64,000 bases of DNA from Malacoraja senta (lineage: Eukaryota): contig CM075991.1 in the NCBI GenBank assembly GCA_038087875.1, positions 9,922,001-9,986,000 on the forward strand, in the 5' to 3' direction. The notes under the pieces were generated by a model that saw nothing but the letters and a program-made list of their open reading frames with translations, was not told the DNA's origin and did no database searches. Below, piece by piece: positions 11,521-25,657 of this stretch (position 1 is its first letter; each line of letters starts with the position of its first letter). Position numbers and translations under genes: made by a program.

Positions 11521-12440
11521 GACACGAAATGCTGGAGTAACTCAGCGGGTCAGGAAGCATCTCCAGAGAACATGGATAGTCGACGTTTCTGATCCTTCAA
11601 CCCGACCCGAAACATCACCTGTCTATGTTCTCCAGATGGAGCCTGACATGCTGAGTTACTCCAGCATTTTTGTCTACCTTCGATTTTCCAGCATCTGCAG
11701 TTCCTTTTTAAACATGATAATAAAGAGAGTAAGTTTGAAAATCTGCTGTTGAATGAGTCGGTAATTAGGGATGAATGACATAGCACAAAGGCTACAGGAA
11801 CCAATAGGCTCAGACTGGACAAACCAGTTCTAGGCAGAAACAGTTCTGTACATAACCCAGGGACCCAGTGTAACTGACACAAAGGACTTGAGTAACTCAG
11901 CGGGTCAGGCAGCATCTCCGGAGAACATGGATGGGTGTCGTTTCTGGTCCTTCACCCTGACCCGAAACATCACCTGTCCATGTTCTCCACGGATGCTGCC
12001 TGGCACTCTGAGTTACTCCAGCACTTTGTGTCCTTTTTTTTCTCCTGTAAACCGACATCTGCAGTTCCTTGTAAAAGCAAAGAACTCCAGATGCTGGTTT
12101 ATACCAAAGATAGACACAGAGTGTTTGAGTAACTCACCCGGGCCAGGCAGCACCTCTGGGGGAAAAGGACGGGTGATGTGTTGGGTGGACCGAAGAAGGG
12201 TCCCAACTGAAAAAGCTGCCTCCCAGCTGAAAAAGCTGCCTCTCAGGTTCCTATTCAATCTTGGTCTCTCTCACCTGAAACCCATGTCCTTTTGTTTTTT
12301 GGAAGAAGGGTCTGAAGAAGGGTCTCGACCTGAAACGTCGCCTATTTCCTTCGCTCCATAGATGCTGCCTCACCTGCTGACTTTCTCCAGCATTTTTGTC
12401 TACCTTCGATTTTCCTACCTTCATCTGCAGTTCCTTCTTA
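11521..12440. mobile_element. Cluster of three inverted pairs of Penelope-like pLTRs
   Basis: -/+ pairs at ~11521-11710, 11876-12070 and 12080-12440. Confidence 0.75.
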
Positions 12441-12916
12441 AGCATCCTTTTGTTTTTGATTCCCACAACCTGAGTAAAAGACTCCGTGTCCTCGCCTTAT
12501 CCATTCCCCGCATGGTTTTACACACTTCTGTAAGATGTTTTGTCTAGGACTGTGAGAGGTTGCAAAAGAGCAGCAGTGGAATGAGTTGTGGGTGGCAGTG
12601 AGTTTCTCCAGACTCCCACCCCTGGGAACCTCTGGCAGTCTGCTTTCCCCCTCACCAGTAGACCTGCAGCCTGGAGCCTGTCCCTGGAACCCAATTTACA
12701 GCCTCTCTGCCCTGAGGCAGGAACTGGGCTAGGGGAGCAGAGGGTCAGGAAAGTTGGCTTCAGCTGTGAGAATAGTCCTCGAGTAAGCTCCCCCGACACT
12801 CTCCCCAAAAAGACCTTGCAATATTTCTGTTGGAAGGAACTGCAGATGCTGGGTTACACTGTGTTGGCGTGTGATGGTCTGGGCTGCGTCCGTTATTCTC
12901 TCTGTCCACTTCGATG

Positions 12917-13120
12917 GGCGGCACGGCGGTAGAGTTGCTGCCTCACAGCCTCACGGGTGCCGTCTGTAAGGAGTTTGTACGTTCTCCCCATGACCTGCGT
13001 GGGTTTTCTCCAGGATCTCCTGTTTCCTCCCACACTCCAAAGACGTACAGGCGTGTAAGTTAATTGGCTTGGTATAATTGTAAATTGTCCATAGTGTGTG
13101 TAGGATAGTGTTAGTGTGTT
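12917..13120 (+). mobile_element. V-SINE (HE1-like), partial
   Basis: V-domain match. Confidence 0.8.
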
Positions 13121-13214
13121 CGGAACTCCTAACTAAACTCCTTGCCCGATCAGAGCTAGACAATTTTGATACATATATTGATATAATACTCAAATAGGCT
13201 TGTAGGTAGGGTGT

Positions 13215-13520
13215 GTAGGAATGAACTGCACATACTGGTTTACACCAAAGATAGACACAAAATGCTGGAGAAACTCAGCATATCTGGATAGAAGGAATGT
13301 GTGACGTTTCGGGTTGAGACCCTGCTTCAGGGAGAGAGGAGAACTTCTTTAAAGTAGGCATACCTTGAGGAGCTTTCGCAGACGAAATGTGGAGGAAGGA
13401 ACTGCAGATGCTGGTTTACACTGAAGATAAGGACAAAATTCTGGAGTAACTCAGCGGGACAGGCAGCATCTCTGGAGAGAAGGAATGGGTGACGTTTCCG
13501 TTCAAGACCCTTCTTCAGCT
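13215..13520 (-). mobile_element. Tandem Penelope pLTR-spacer-pLTR
   Basis: Two hammerhead-motif units separated by a spacer homologous to 33655-33720. Confidence 0.7.
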
Positions 13521-13574
13521 ACTTCTCTCGTTCAATTAAAAATTCTTTCAAATCCTTCCATGGTCCTGACGACC

Positions 13575-13850
13575 CATGCTTGAATTATACGGAGAGGTTG
13601 GATAGCCTGAGACTTTATTCTTTGGAGCACAGGAGGCTAAGGGATGACTTTATTTAAATGTACAAGATCGCGAGGGACATGAATAAAGTGAGCATTTACC
13701 GTCTTTATCCCCGGGGAGAGGATTATAAAACTAGAGAGCGAAGGCGTAAGGTGAGAGGAGAGGGTATTCTGTATTTGGACTGAGCTGCCCGAGGAAGCTA
13801 TGGAAACGATAACAATTCTGACTTCGAAGGAACATTTTCGACAGACGTAT
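13575..13850 (+). mobile_element. Old CR1 fragment
   Basis: tattctttggagcacaggaggctaaggg... (degenerate YSLExRRLRGD region). Confidence 0.7.
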
Positions 13851-14089
13851 GTAAAAGAAAGAAGTAGAAACAAAGAACTGCAGATGCTGGTTTAAACTAA
13901 AGGTCGGCACAAAGTGCTGGAGTAAAGCTCCATGCCCGCCACCCAAAAAAAAATCAAGGTCAAGGTGACCTGCAACCTCCTACCACCTCCCACGCATATG
14001 TTGAAAACCTTCCTCGACTATGAAGAAAACCGGCTTCGACTAGACCTGCGACTAAAAAATGATCGAGTTTTAAAACGGCGACCTATTTT

Positions 14090-14289
14090 NNNNNNNNNNN
14101 NNNNNNNNNNNNNNNNNNNNNNNNNNNNNNNNNNNNNNNNNNNNNNNNNNNNNNNNNNNNNNNNNNNNNNNNNNNNNNNNNNNNNNNNNNNNNNNNNNNN
14201 NNNNNNNNNNNNNNNNNNNNNNNNNNNNNNNNNNNNNNNNNNNNNNNNNNNNNNNNNNNNNNNNNNNNNNNNNNNNNNNNNNNNNNNNN
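14090..14289. other. Assembly gap (200 N) inside the EBF2 last intron
   Basis: Run of N. Confidence 1.
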
Positions 14290-15660
14290 AACTCTACCGC
14301 TGAACTACTGTACCACCCTGAGCTTCACACAAACAGTACCACGGGTCAGGATTGAACTCATAAAACACTACAGCAACTTGCTCAGTGGCACTGCGGTGCT
14401 GCCTTGTGGCCAGCCTGCTGATAAAGATCTTATCACCATTTCCAAGCCCCTCTGATCAACAGGTCCCTTTCGAAACAGTCGGAAAAATAGCATTGTATAA
14501 AACCTAGAAACAAAATTAATTGGCATAAGTTAATTAAAACCAATATTAATTAAAATAAATATATTTTTTTAGTCTGAAGAAGGGTCCCATCCTGAAACGT
14601 CACCTACCCATTTTCTCCAGAGATGCTGCCTGACCCGCTGAGTTACTCCAGCATTTTGAGTCTCTCTTTGGCATCTGCAGTCCCTTTATGTAACATTGAA
14701 TTAAAATAAAGCTGGAATATGAAGACCTACATTCACTCACCCTTTTAATGGAAGTTGGTGGCACCATTCCAACGCTGGAGGTCAGTAGAAGACGCATCCA
14801 ACCTCCAGCTCCACCACCGGACTAGCGCTCAAGTCCTGGGATTACGGATAAAATCGGACAAGGGGTGGTCTTAGTGTACAAAATCATGAGAGGAATCTCT
14901 TCTATGCGCCTTCTATGTTCTGTTGTGCTGAAGCAAAGCAAGAATTTCATTGTCCTATCTGGGATACATGACAATAAACGAATCTTGAATCTTGAATCGA
15001 TCAGGTAAACGCTCAGTCTCTTTCCCAGAATAGGGGTATCGAGAACCAGAGGACAGACGTTTAAGGTGAAGGGTGTAGATCAGTGCCACTTTTGTAGTTA
15101 CGCCCACAGTAATCCCTGCTCGCCTGGTTCCTTTAGAATTCGAGAGACGTGCAAGTGTGAACTCGTACTTGCTATGTAGTTAATAACGTCTTTGGATCTT
15201 TATCATGGTGTAAGGGTCCAGTTATTATACGGACAACACTCAACAAAGGTGGGGGGAGAGATTTAATAGGAACCTGAAGGGTAATTTTTTTTACACAAAT
15301 TGTGGTGGGTGTATGGGACGAGCTGCTGGAGATGATAGTTGAGGCAGGTACTATAGCAACATGTGCAAAATGGTTGCCCCTCAGGTTCCTTTAAAATCGT
15401 TCCTCCCCCAACCTCAAACCTCTGTCCATTGGTTCTTGATTCCCCTACTCTAGGTAAAAGACTGTGCATTCACCCTGTCTATTCCCTTTATGATGTTATA
15501 CACCTCAATAAGATCATCCCTCAGCCTCCTGCGCTCCAAGGAATAAAACCCTAGCCTGCCCAACCTCCCCCTGCAGCTCAGGCCCTCAAGTCTTGGCTAC
15601 ATTCTCGTAAATGTTACACTGGGTCTTGAGACATCTCCTGCCAACTCTTGCATTCTGGAG

Positions 15661-16410
15661 TGCCGGGTGTTCTCCACATCTTCACATCTTCCCATCTCCC
15701 CCCATGTCTGCCTTCCGCAAAGACCGCTCCCTCCGTAACTCCCTTGTCAATTCTTCCCTTCCCTCCCGTACCACCCCCTCCCCCGGTACTTTCCCTTGCA
15801 ACCGCAAGAGATGCAACACTTGTCCATTCACCTCCCCCCTCCACTCCATTCAAGGACCCAAGCAGTCGTTCCAGGTGCGACAGAGGTTCACCTGCATCTC
15901 CTCCAACCTCATCTATTGCATTCGCTGCTCTAGATGCCAGCTGATCTACATCGGTGAGACCAAGCGGAGGCTTGGCGATCGTCTCGCCGAACACCTCCGG
16001 TCGGTCCGCAATAACCAACCTGAACTCCCGGTGGCTCAGCACTTCAACCCCCCCTCCCATTCCGTATCTGACCTCTCTGTCCTGGGTCTCCTCCATGGCC
16101 ACAGCGAGCAACACCGTAAATTGGAGGAAATGCACCTCATATTCCGCTTGGGCAGTCTACATCCTGGGGGTTTGAACATTGAATTCTCCCAATTCTGCTA
16201 GCCTTTGCTGTCCCCTCCCCTTCATGAGCCATCTGGTTGTCTCCTCCCCTCCCCCAGCCCTCGGGCTCCTCCTCCGCCTTTTTCCTTTTTTCCTTTCTTC
16301 TCCCCACCCCCTATTAGTCTGAAGAAGGGTTTCGGCCCGAAACGTTACCTATTTCCTTCGCTCCATAGATGCTGCTGCACCCGCTGAGTTTCTCCAGCAT
16401 TTTTGTGTAC
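15661..16410 (+). mobile_element. 5'-truncated Penelope-like element: GIY-YIG endonuclease C-terminus + pLTR with hammerhead motif
   Basis: Open frame C-x4-C-x2-C...NLIYCIRCSRCQLIYIGETKRRLGDRLAEH...VAQHF...GLN (stop at 16201); 14-bp TSD cttgcattctggag at 15647-15660 and 16411-16424. Confidence 0.92.
16318..16352 (+). ncRNA. Minimal type I hammerhead ribozyme motif (representative copy)
   Basis: CTGAAGA-A-GGGT(TTCG)GCCC-GAA-ACGT-T: conserved core boxes, 4-bp stem II, palindromic stem III. Stem I is weak. Confidence 0.7.
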
Positions 16411-16597
16411 CTTGCATTCTGGAGCCCTGCTTTGAGAATTTTCAGCGTACTGGTGTCTGCGAGATCCAACTCCAGTGTAAGCAAAGGAAAGTGAGGAGAA
16501 GGAAGGAGGATATGGAACATGTCAAACCACCCGACTGGCTTATTTTAGTCATATATCGATATGTATCAACATTGTCTAGCTCTGATCTGCCAGTGAG

Positions 16598-17160
16598 TTG
16601 TGGAAACAAAGAATTGCATTGTCGATGCAGCCCAGACCATCACACAAACCAGTCTCCTTTCCATTGACTCCATCTACACCCCACGCTGCCTCGGCAAGGC
16701 CAGCAGCATCATCAAGGACCAGTCATGTCCTCTTCTCCCCTCTCACATCAGGCAAGAGGTACACAAGTGTGCCTCAAAGCGTACCCCCCAGATTCAGGGA
16801 CAGTTTCTTCCCAGCTGTTATCAGGCAACTGAACCATCCTATCACCAACTAGAGAGCAGCCCTGACCTCCCATCTACCTCATTGGCGACCCTCGGACTAT
16901 CTTTAACTGGACTGTACTGGACTTTATCTAGCACTGAACTTTATTCACTTTATCCTGTATCTGTACACAAACGGCTGGAGTAACTCAGCAGGTCAGACAG
17001 CATCTCTGGAAAAAAGGAATAGGTAACGTTTCGGGTCGAGACCCTTCTTCAGACACTCTCGACGGCTTGATTAATAGTCTTTTCACTGACTGGATAGCAC
17101 GTGACAAAAAGATTTTCGCCGTACCTCGGTACACATGACAGCAAACTAAACTGGACTGAA
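16598..17160 (+). mobile_element. Rex1/Babar-type LINE 3' fragment with an inserted pLTR
   Basis: AQTITQTSLLSIDSIYTPRCLGKASSIIKD...SGKRY...RFRDSFFPAVIRQLN, frameshifted. Confidence 0.8.
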
Positions 17161-17166
17161 CTCACA

Positions 17167-17990
17167 GGTAGACAAAAATGCTGGAGAAACTCAGCGGGTA
17201 AGGCAGCATCTAGGGAGCGAAGGAATAGGTGACGTTTCGAGTCGAGACCCATCTTCAGACTGATGTCGGGGGGGGGGGTGCAGAAAAAAGAAAGGAAGAG
17301 ACGGAGACAGTAGGCTGTGGGAGAGCTGGGAAGGGGAGGGGAAGGAGGGAGTACAGAGAAGGTTCACCAGACTGATTCTTAGGATGTCAGGACTTTCATA
17401 TGAAGAAAGACTGGATAGACTCGGCTTGTACTCGCTATAATTTAGAAGATTGAGGGGGGATCTTATAGAAACTTACAAAATTCTTAAGGGGTTGGACAGG
17501 CTAGATGCAGGAAGATTTGTTCCCGATGTTGGGGAAGTCCAGAACAAGGGGTCACAGTTTAAGGATAAAGGGGAAATCTTTTAGGACCGAGATGAGAAAA
17601 ACATTTTTCACACAGAGAGTGGTGAATCTGTGGAATTCTCTGCCACAGAAGGTAGTTGAGGCCAGTTTATTGGCTATATTTAAGATGGAGTTAGATGTGG
17701 CCCTTGTAGCTAAAGGGATCAGGGGATATGGAGAGAAGGCAGGTACAGGATACTGAGATGGATGATCAGCCATGATCATATTGAATTATTGAATGCAGGC
17801 TCGAAGGGCCGAATGGCACCTATTTTCTATGTTTCTATGTTTCTATGAAGGAGAAAGCAAGAACTACCTGAAATTGGAGGTCAATCTTCATACCGCTGGG
17901 GTGTAAACTACCCAAGCGAAATATGAGGTGCTGCTCCTCCAATTTGCGGTGGGACTCACTTTGGCCATGGAGGAGGCCCAGGACAGAAAG
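17167..17990 (-). mobile_element. Penelope-like 3' fragment (-) interrupted by a young CR1 (+, ~17352-17847)
   Basis: pLTR at 17167-17262; GIY-YIG tail sequence resumes at ~17848-17990. Confidence 0.8.
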
Positions 17991-18084
17991 AACTCACTTG
18001 TCTCCAAGGTTTGCCATCTATATAGAATGGATGAATCGATATATGTGCACGCTTGTTTATGCTGTCCCCCTCTTGTCTTTCTAG

Positions 18085-18116
18085 CCATGACTGGACTGGT
18101 AGTCCCTCCGATGTGA
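18085..18116 (+). CDS. EBF2: EBF2 terminal coding exon
   Basis: tcttgtctttctag acceptor. G|CC ATG ACT GGA CTG GTA GTC CCT CCG ATG TGA = AMTGLVVPPM*, the EBF2 C-terminus, in phase with the donor at 941. Confidence 0.93.
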
Positions 18117-18545
18117 GGCTATTCTCCCCCGTCACCATATCGCATTCCAAGGAGCAAAGTTCACCCGCTACAAAAACATCATCACCAGAACCAACAGCTG
18201 TCAAAAATATTAGCAGCCTTCCCTTGGAAGCGGGAACAAAGCTGACTTTCTTTGTTGCCTGGACTGAATGAATTCCCTGCAGCGATGTGGAAATCTCGGC
18301 TCCATCCGTACTTAAGGAACCTCAGACCCATGGAAGTGAGGGCCAAAGGTGGTGGTGGGAGGGGCGGACATGGTCAATCGGTGGGGGTGGGGGAAGTAAT
18401 CTTAAAAAAAAAATGCAATTTTCTATTTTGTATAATGGTTTAATGTGACAATTCTAATCAGTTTAACAGAAGTAACCCTTTGGATATGAGAGCTGGCTTA
18501 TAAACTAGATATTGAAAAAAAACAGATTTTTTTTAAATGCAGCTG

Positions 18546-18551
18546 AATAAA
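18546..18551 (+). terminator. Proximal polyadenylation signal AATAAA
   Basis: AATAAA ~430 nt after the stop codon, followed by GT-rich ttgcttgttgtg. Confidence 0.5.
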
Positions 18552-18913
18552 GTGTCAATAGATTGCTTGTTGTGAGTGGTAAACTTAGAAGTTAAAGGTT
18601 TAAGACATTTTACAGTAATTTAAAGAGGCAGTATCTTTTATTGTCAGATTATCTAGGTTGTGATTATGAAATATTAACATGGTGTAGGCTATCCTGTATG
18701 GAATTCGGCATCTGGAGTTGTGATGTTCATCCATACTGACCACAGGGCTTTAGAGCATCAGCTCCTAGTCTGGGCTGACTTAGCTGAACTTGGTATGTTT
18801 CTGCAGTTGACATCATCATTTCTGGGCCAGGGAAAGCAAAGCAATTCAACCCAGAATCTCGAACCCTGTCCAATTTCTCTTTCAGAACTTCCAGCGTATA
18901 ATTGGTATCTCTG

Positions 18914-18915
<2 letters not shown>

Positions 18916-19007
<92 letters not shown>

Positions 19008-19625
19008 ATGTGTGTATGTGCGTGTGCGTGTGTGTGTGCGCGCGTGCATGCGCGAGTGTGTGTGCGTGTGTGAGTGTGCTTGTGCTTGTGTATGTGTGCA
19101 TGTGTGTATGTACGTGCGTGTATGTGCGTGTGTGTGTGTATGTATGTATGTGCGTGTGTGTGCATGTTTGTGTGTGTGTGTATGCGCGTGTATGTGCGTG
19201 TGTGTGTAGTTATGTGCGTGTGTGAGTATGTATGTGCGTGTGTGTGCATGTGCGTGTGTGGCCCTGGTTGCCTCTCTAAACTGCACATGAGTGTGCATGT
19301 GGGTGTGCATTGGTGCGTGTGTGTCAAGCTATAAGTGTGTGTTTCTCTTGAGAAGTGCTTGAATTTCCTAAATTCGTGTAGTGTGTGCGTTTTTGTGTCT
19401 GTGTGCGTGTGTGAGTGTGTGTGAGGGGCAGCACGCATCCTGCATGCATGTTATGCGTGGCGTGTGTGTATATCTCGTGCATGTGATGTGTTGGATACAC
19501 ACTTCTCTGCGTGGGAAATGTAGCGTGTGCATGGCGTGACTTGTGTGCTTGGTACGTGTGTATTTGGCGCGGTATGCATGTGTGTCTGTGACGTATGTGT
19601 GTACTTTACGTATTGTGTGTTGCGT
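18916..19625. repeat. (TG)n microsatellite, perfect then degenerate
   Basis: Visible directly. Confidence 0.97.
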
Positions 19626-21279
19626 GTGGCAGGATTGGACTTGACCCTCATACCATCAACGCTGATGCACCCCCACTTGGTCAACTCGAATGTTGCCCAC
19701 TTTACCAAGCTCTGGGATTGCTGAACCTCCCACATTCCAGAAGGGATAAAATGAGGTGGAGGGGAGAGGGAGTTATGAACTGCAAATACTACTCAGCACA
19801 TAGACAGACACAGAATGCTGGGGTAACTCCGTGGACCAGGCAACTTCTCTGGAGAAAAGGAATAGGTGAGCTATAGGGAGAGGTTGAGCAGGCTGGGAAT
19901 TTATTCCTTGGAGCACAGGAGAATGACGGGCAATGAGGGGTCTCGACCCAAAACATCACCCATTCCTTTTCTCCAGAGATGCTCCCTGCCCCGCTGAGTT
20001 ACTCCAGCATTTTGTGCCTATCTTCGGTGTAAACCAAACACTGTTCAGCTAAATGTTGTTTGCCCTGATGTCTTTAAAGCTCCTCCATTTCCCTTATCTC
20101 TCTCTCTCACTTATTTCTTCTTTGACTGGAGTTCCCGGGTAGACATTTTGACAACTTGGTGTGGCGTTGCAAGAGTCTTTGGTGTTTTTGTCCCATGTGT
20201 AAAATGCGATGGAAGTTGCTTCAATTTCACTGACCAGCAAGTGAAGGCCAACATATCAGGGGTCCTAAGTAGTATGAAGCAGCCGTTTTGTATCCAAACC
20301 TCTGACCTTGGTGAGAGGGAAGGTTACCCACCTCGTATAGGGAGTCGGTAAAGGGCGTAGAGCTGAAGATTGATTATAAATGGGATTTGAGCTGAATTAA
20401 CTGGATAAGTTGTCAGGATAATCCATCAGCCAGGAAGTGCCGCTTTTGACCTGGAAGTATTTGGTGATCTCATGGGTTAAAGGTCACGGAGCTTGCTCTC
20501 GTTCCCAGCACTCCCCTAACATCTACAAACGTTAACACCGATGCACGTTGTCTGGGATTACTTCCTCGGCTCCAAGCAAGAGGCCCATGTCAATTAGAGG
20601 ACACCAAATAGGCTAAGGAGATTACAACAATCACAATGAGGCAGAACATTGCAGAATATGTGATATTGTGTGTGTGTGTGTGTGATTGTGAGAGTCAGGG
20701 AGAACTTCAGTTGTAAATTAGATGAAGGAAGCAGTTTTCTGGGCAGTCGCTTCCGTACTCAGTTCGAAAAGACCCAGGAACAACTGCTCAGCAATAGTCA
20801 CCGTTACTCCCCGAAATATCTGTGTAATAGATCTCCAGTGCATGTAAATACTCCACCACTAAACTGACCCTCCCTTCCCATCTCCTACACATGGTACTCA
20901 ACAAGGTCGTGGAGGCCAGAGAGAGACAGAAGCTGGAGTGGTACACTGGTAAACCTTTACACCCATGCGTTTAGCTAAAGTTCCTCACAGCAGTCATATC
21001 AAGATGTGATTTGCGACAAGGGAGGTATCTCCCAATCTGAAAGCCCAATCTCTTCCACGATACAATCATCTGTTCAACCAGGAGGAACTAAAGTGGGTTC
21101 TCTCACTTTGCACAGAGGGCTGGAGCCTGTATCTCACTGTGTAAAGATTAGCTGGTATAAAAATAATGGTAGGAATATTCTCTTGCACTTCAATCCTGAT
21201 ACAGTTGCTTGCATGTAGGGAGAAGGCTCCTCTTTTCATTTGTACATTCCAACTCCAACCCATGTGAATCAAAGTGGAA

Positions 21280-21930
21280 CACAACATGCTGGAGTAACCC
21301 AGCAGGTCAGGCAGCATCTGCGGAGGGAATGGATAGGTGACGCTTTGGGTCAGGACCCATCTTCAGACTGGGTGAGACCATACGACTCGTTGCCACCACC
21401 TCACACCCAGCAGATAAAGGAGATAAAAGTACGCTCAGTCCGCCTATACCTCCTGGTTGCAAACCAATTTAACTCCCCTCCCATTCCCATACTGACCTTT
21501 CTGTCCTGGGCCTCCTCCACTGTCAGAGTGAGGTCCAACACAAATTGGAGGAACAACACTTCATATTTCGCTTGGGCAGTTTATCAACAATATTGATTTT
21601 TCTAACTTCAAGTAACCCTTGCTTTCCCTCTCGCCCCATCCCTCCCCCATCCTAGTTCTCCAACCAGTCTGACTGCACTGATTAAAGTTTTTATTTGTAT
21701 GCTTCGTTGTCACCTTCCCCTAGCTATCAATAAACCTATTCTACATTTTCCTTGATCTGCCTCCCCTTTGATGTCTTGTTTTCACACCTCACCCTTCCAC
21801 ATCTCTGCGTCCCCCCTCCCCCAATTCTCAGTCGGAAGAAGGGTCTCGACCCGAAACGTCACCCATGCCTTCTTATCCAGAGATGCTGCCCGTCCCGCTG
21901 AGTTACTCCAGAATTTTGTGTCTATCTTCC
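21280..21930. mobile_element. Penelope-like element: inverted pLTR + degenerate GIY-YIG tail + pLTR
   Basis: ctttctgtcctgggcctcctccac...aaattggaggaacaacac is homologous to 16075-16200. Confidence 0.8.
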
Positions 21931-22863
21931 GAGCTAAAAAATTGTCCGGGCTAGATTTTTGAAATGTAAACGAACCTGCTACAAATGCACAGCAGGCAAG
22001 TCAGCGAAGGATGGAGAGAAAACCTGCAACAGGGTGAGACTGAAACATTTTGAAGGATTCTCTGACTTGAAGCATTAACCTCTATGATCTTTTCTATCAA
22101 GACCACTCTTTTCAAACCTGATCCATTTGTTTCAGGAACATTCAGCTCTGTAAACCCTTAGCCGCCACAGTCTAGACCTCCTGCCCCTTACTCACCAGCT
22201 CTTTCGTGATGTCTTCCTTCCTGCTCTGTACATCTCTAGTGGTACCCAGCATTGTAGCTTTCGTCCACAAACATTGGTTGGCTGTTGGGGTGTTAGACGG
22301 GAAAATAATGAAGGCCCCATCCTTCAATACTAATAACTTTGATGTTTTGTATGTGTTTATAAATACAGTCTGACATATGTGGTTTTTTTCTTCCGCTGAG
22401 GGCCTGGGAAATCTGTAACAAAATATTTATATAACCATTGTGTTGGACTTTTGTAATGCAGTATGATGCAAAAGGAAAAATCTATTCCTCAAAAGAGTTT
22501 TTTTGTAATGATTTTGTTGCACCTTTTGTTTTTATTTTGCATGTGTGACCCATGTAATTCTGGAACATAAACGCTTGTATCCCCTTGATATTCCGTAAGG
22601 TGATTCCGTATATTTTGTCTGCTGGCTCCGTGATTCGGTTCAGCCCGGCAGGGATCTGCTTGGTGGGACTGAAACCCCTGCTTGTCGAGCGTCGCGGACT
22701 GGAAGGTCTCAGGTTCGATTCCTCAGGCGGCCCCTTGGCGTCACCTTGGAACCCAGGAAGAAAAGGAATGGTAAATGCTCGCAATCACACTCCATTGACT
22801 TGAGGCACATATTTGGGTCGCTGTTCAAGAACGGGACAAGACTCCCTTCAGGTGCACTGAAAG

Positions 22864-22900
<37 letters not shown>

Positions 22901-23245
22901 CCTTACGCACTCACAGCTTGCATCTGAAGGTTGGTTATGGGTGAGGTGATGGGGAACAGGCAGTGTCCTTGAAAACTCCACCCACCCCTCCTTCTCAGAA
23001 AGAGTCAGACCCTTCAGAGAAAGAGGCAGCGGAGATTGGGTGGAGACATTGGAAAAGGTGGTGAGAGATTTAAAAAAGAAAGTCTTTATGCATTTTTCAT
23101 AGAACTGGCTATTTTTTTTGTCATTTTGATGCCTGTCCTGTTGCCCGTGTGTAGCCAATATCAATTTTTTTAAACCAGAAATGCAAACGTTTTTATGTTT
23201 GTAAAAAGTTAAATTATCTGGGAAAAAAAAAGAAGAAAAGTTTTG

Positions 23246-23251
23246 AATAAA
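23246..23251 (+). terminator. Distal polyadenylation signal AATAAA
   Basis: AATAAA at the end of an AU-rich unique block, followed by GT/T-rich tgtttcttttgtg. Confidence 0.5.
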
Positions 23252-23364
23252 AAGTATCCTACTGTTTCTTTTGTGCTCATCGGGGCTGAGAATCGCAACA
23301 GGTTCCATTTTAGTTGGACTCAGACTCTCTGGGACTTGGTGCAGTTCCTTCACTTTCCACAAGT

Positions 23365-24337
23365 GGCACGGTGGCGCTGCGGTAGAGTTGCGGCCTTGCA
23401 GCCGCTAGAGACCAGGGTTCGATCCTACTCACGGGTGCTGTCTGTACGGAGTTTGCACGTTCTCCCCGTGACCACCTGGGTTTTCTCCGGGGGCTCCAGT
23501 CTCCCCCCCACATTCCAAAGACGTACTGGCTTCTAGGATCATTGGCTTCTGTAACAGAAGCGGGTTGAGTTGCTGCCTTACAGCGCCAGAGACCCGGGTT
23601 CAATCCTAGCTACGGGTGCTGTCTGTACGGAGTTTGCACGATCTCCCCGTGCCCACGTGGGTTCTCTCCACGTGCTCCGTCCGGTCTCTTCCCACGCTCC
23701 AAAGACGTGCAGGTTTGCAGGTTATTTTGGCTTCGGTAAAAAATATCACGTCGTCCCTCATGTGTAAGATAGTGTTAGTGCATGGACTCAATGGGCCGAA
23801 GGGCCTGTTTCCATGCTGTATCTCTATCTATGGAGAAATTGTGTTGAGAGGCTGGATTGGGAAAATGGGACAGAATCTATGAAGCGAAAATTTGGAGTTT
23901 GGAATCTGCTTGGGGAAAGCAGGAACAGAGACTGGCAGGAAAAGTGGGATCGCCAGGAAAAATAGGATATGAGATTTGGGCAGTGAAGAATAGGTGAGAG
24001 AATCTATGTGTGGAAAATTGAGTCACTACAGCTTAGGTGACGTAGTGGTAGAGCTACTGCCTTACAGCGCCAAAGACCCGGGTCCGATCCTGACTACGGG
24101 TGCTGTCTGTACGGAGTTTGCACGTTCTCCCCGTGACCACGTGGGTTTTCTCCGAGATCTTTGGTTTCCTCCCACATTCCAAAGATGTACAGGTTTGTAT
24201 GTCAATTGGCTTGGTACAAATGTAAATTGTCCCAAGTGTGTGTGTGGGATAGTGTTAATGTGCGGGGATCGCTGGTCGGCGCAGGCTCGGTGGGCCGAAG
24301 GGCCTGTTTCCGCGCTGTATCTATAAACTAAACTAAA
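23365..24337 (+). mobile_element. Three V-SINE copies (23365-23550, 23560-23826, 24035-24337)
   Basis: tRNA heads and V-domains. Confidence 0.85.
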
Positions 24338-24439
24338 TTCTGTGCTGGACACAATGGGATTGGATTTCTTTTGAAAGATAAAGTGAGTTCCTGTCACAAT
24401 GTTTTCACGTGAGAAAGTGCAAACTGACAAGGAAATGAC

Positions 24440-25657
<1,218 letters not shown>

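Larger units (their letters stand above)
18117..23275 (+). other. EBF2: Putative EBF2 3' UTR (short form to ~18570, long form to ~23275)
   Basis: Follows the stop codon; AU-rich unique blocks at 18400-18720, 22320-22580 and 23060-23280; two AATAAA signals. The extent is inferred. Confidence 0.5.

Noticed and set aside
13932..14303. ORF spanning the N run
   Set aside because: Artefact of the assembly gap. The flank at 13933-14089 may be a Harbinger-like fragment, but no ends are visible.
15611..16201. Domesticated GIY-YIG nuclease gene
   Set aside because: 5'-truncated, TSD-flanked and followed by a pLTR, so an ordinary young insertion.
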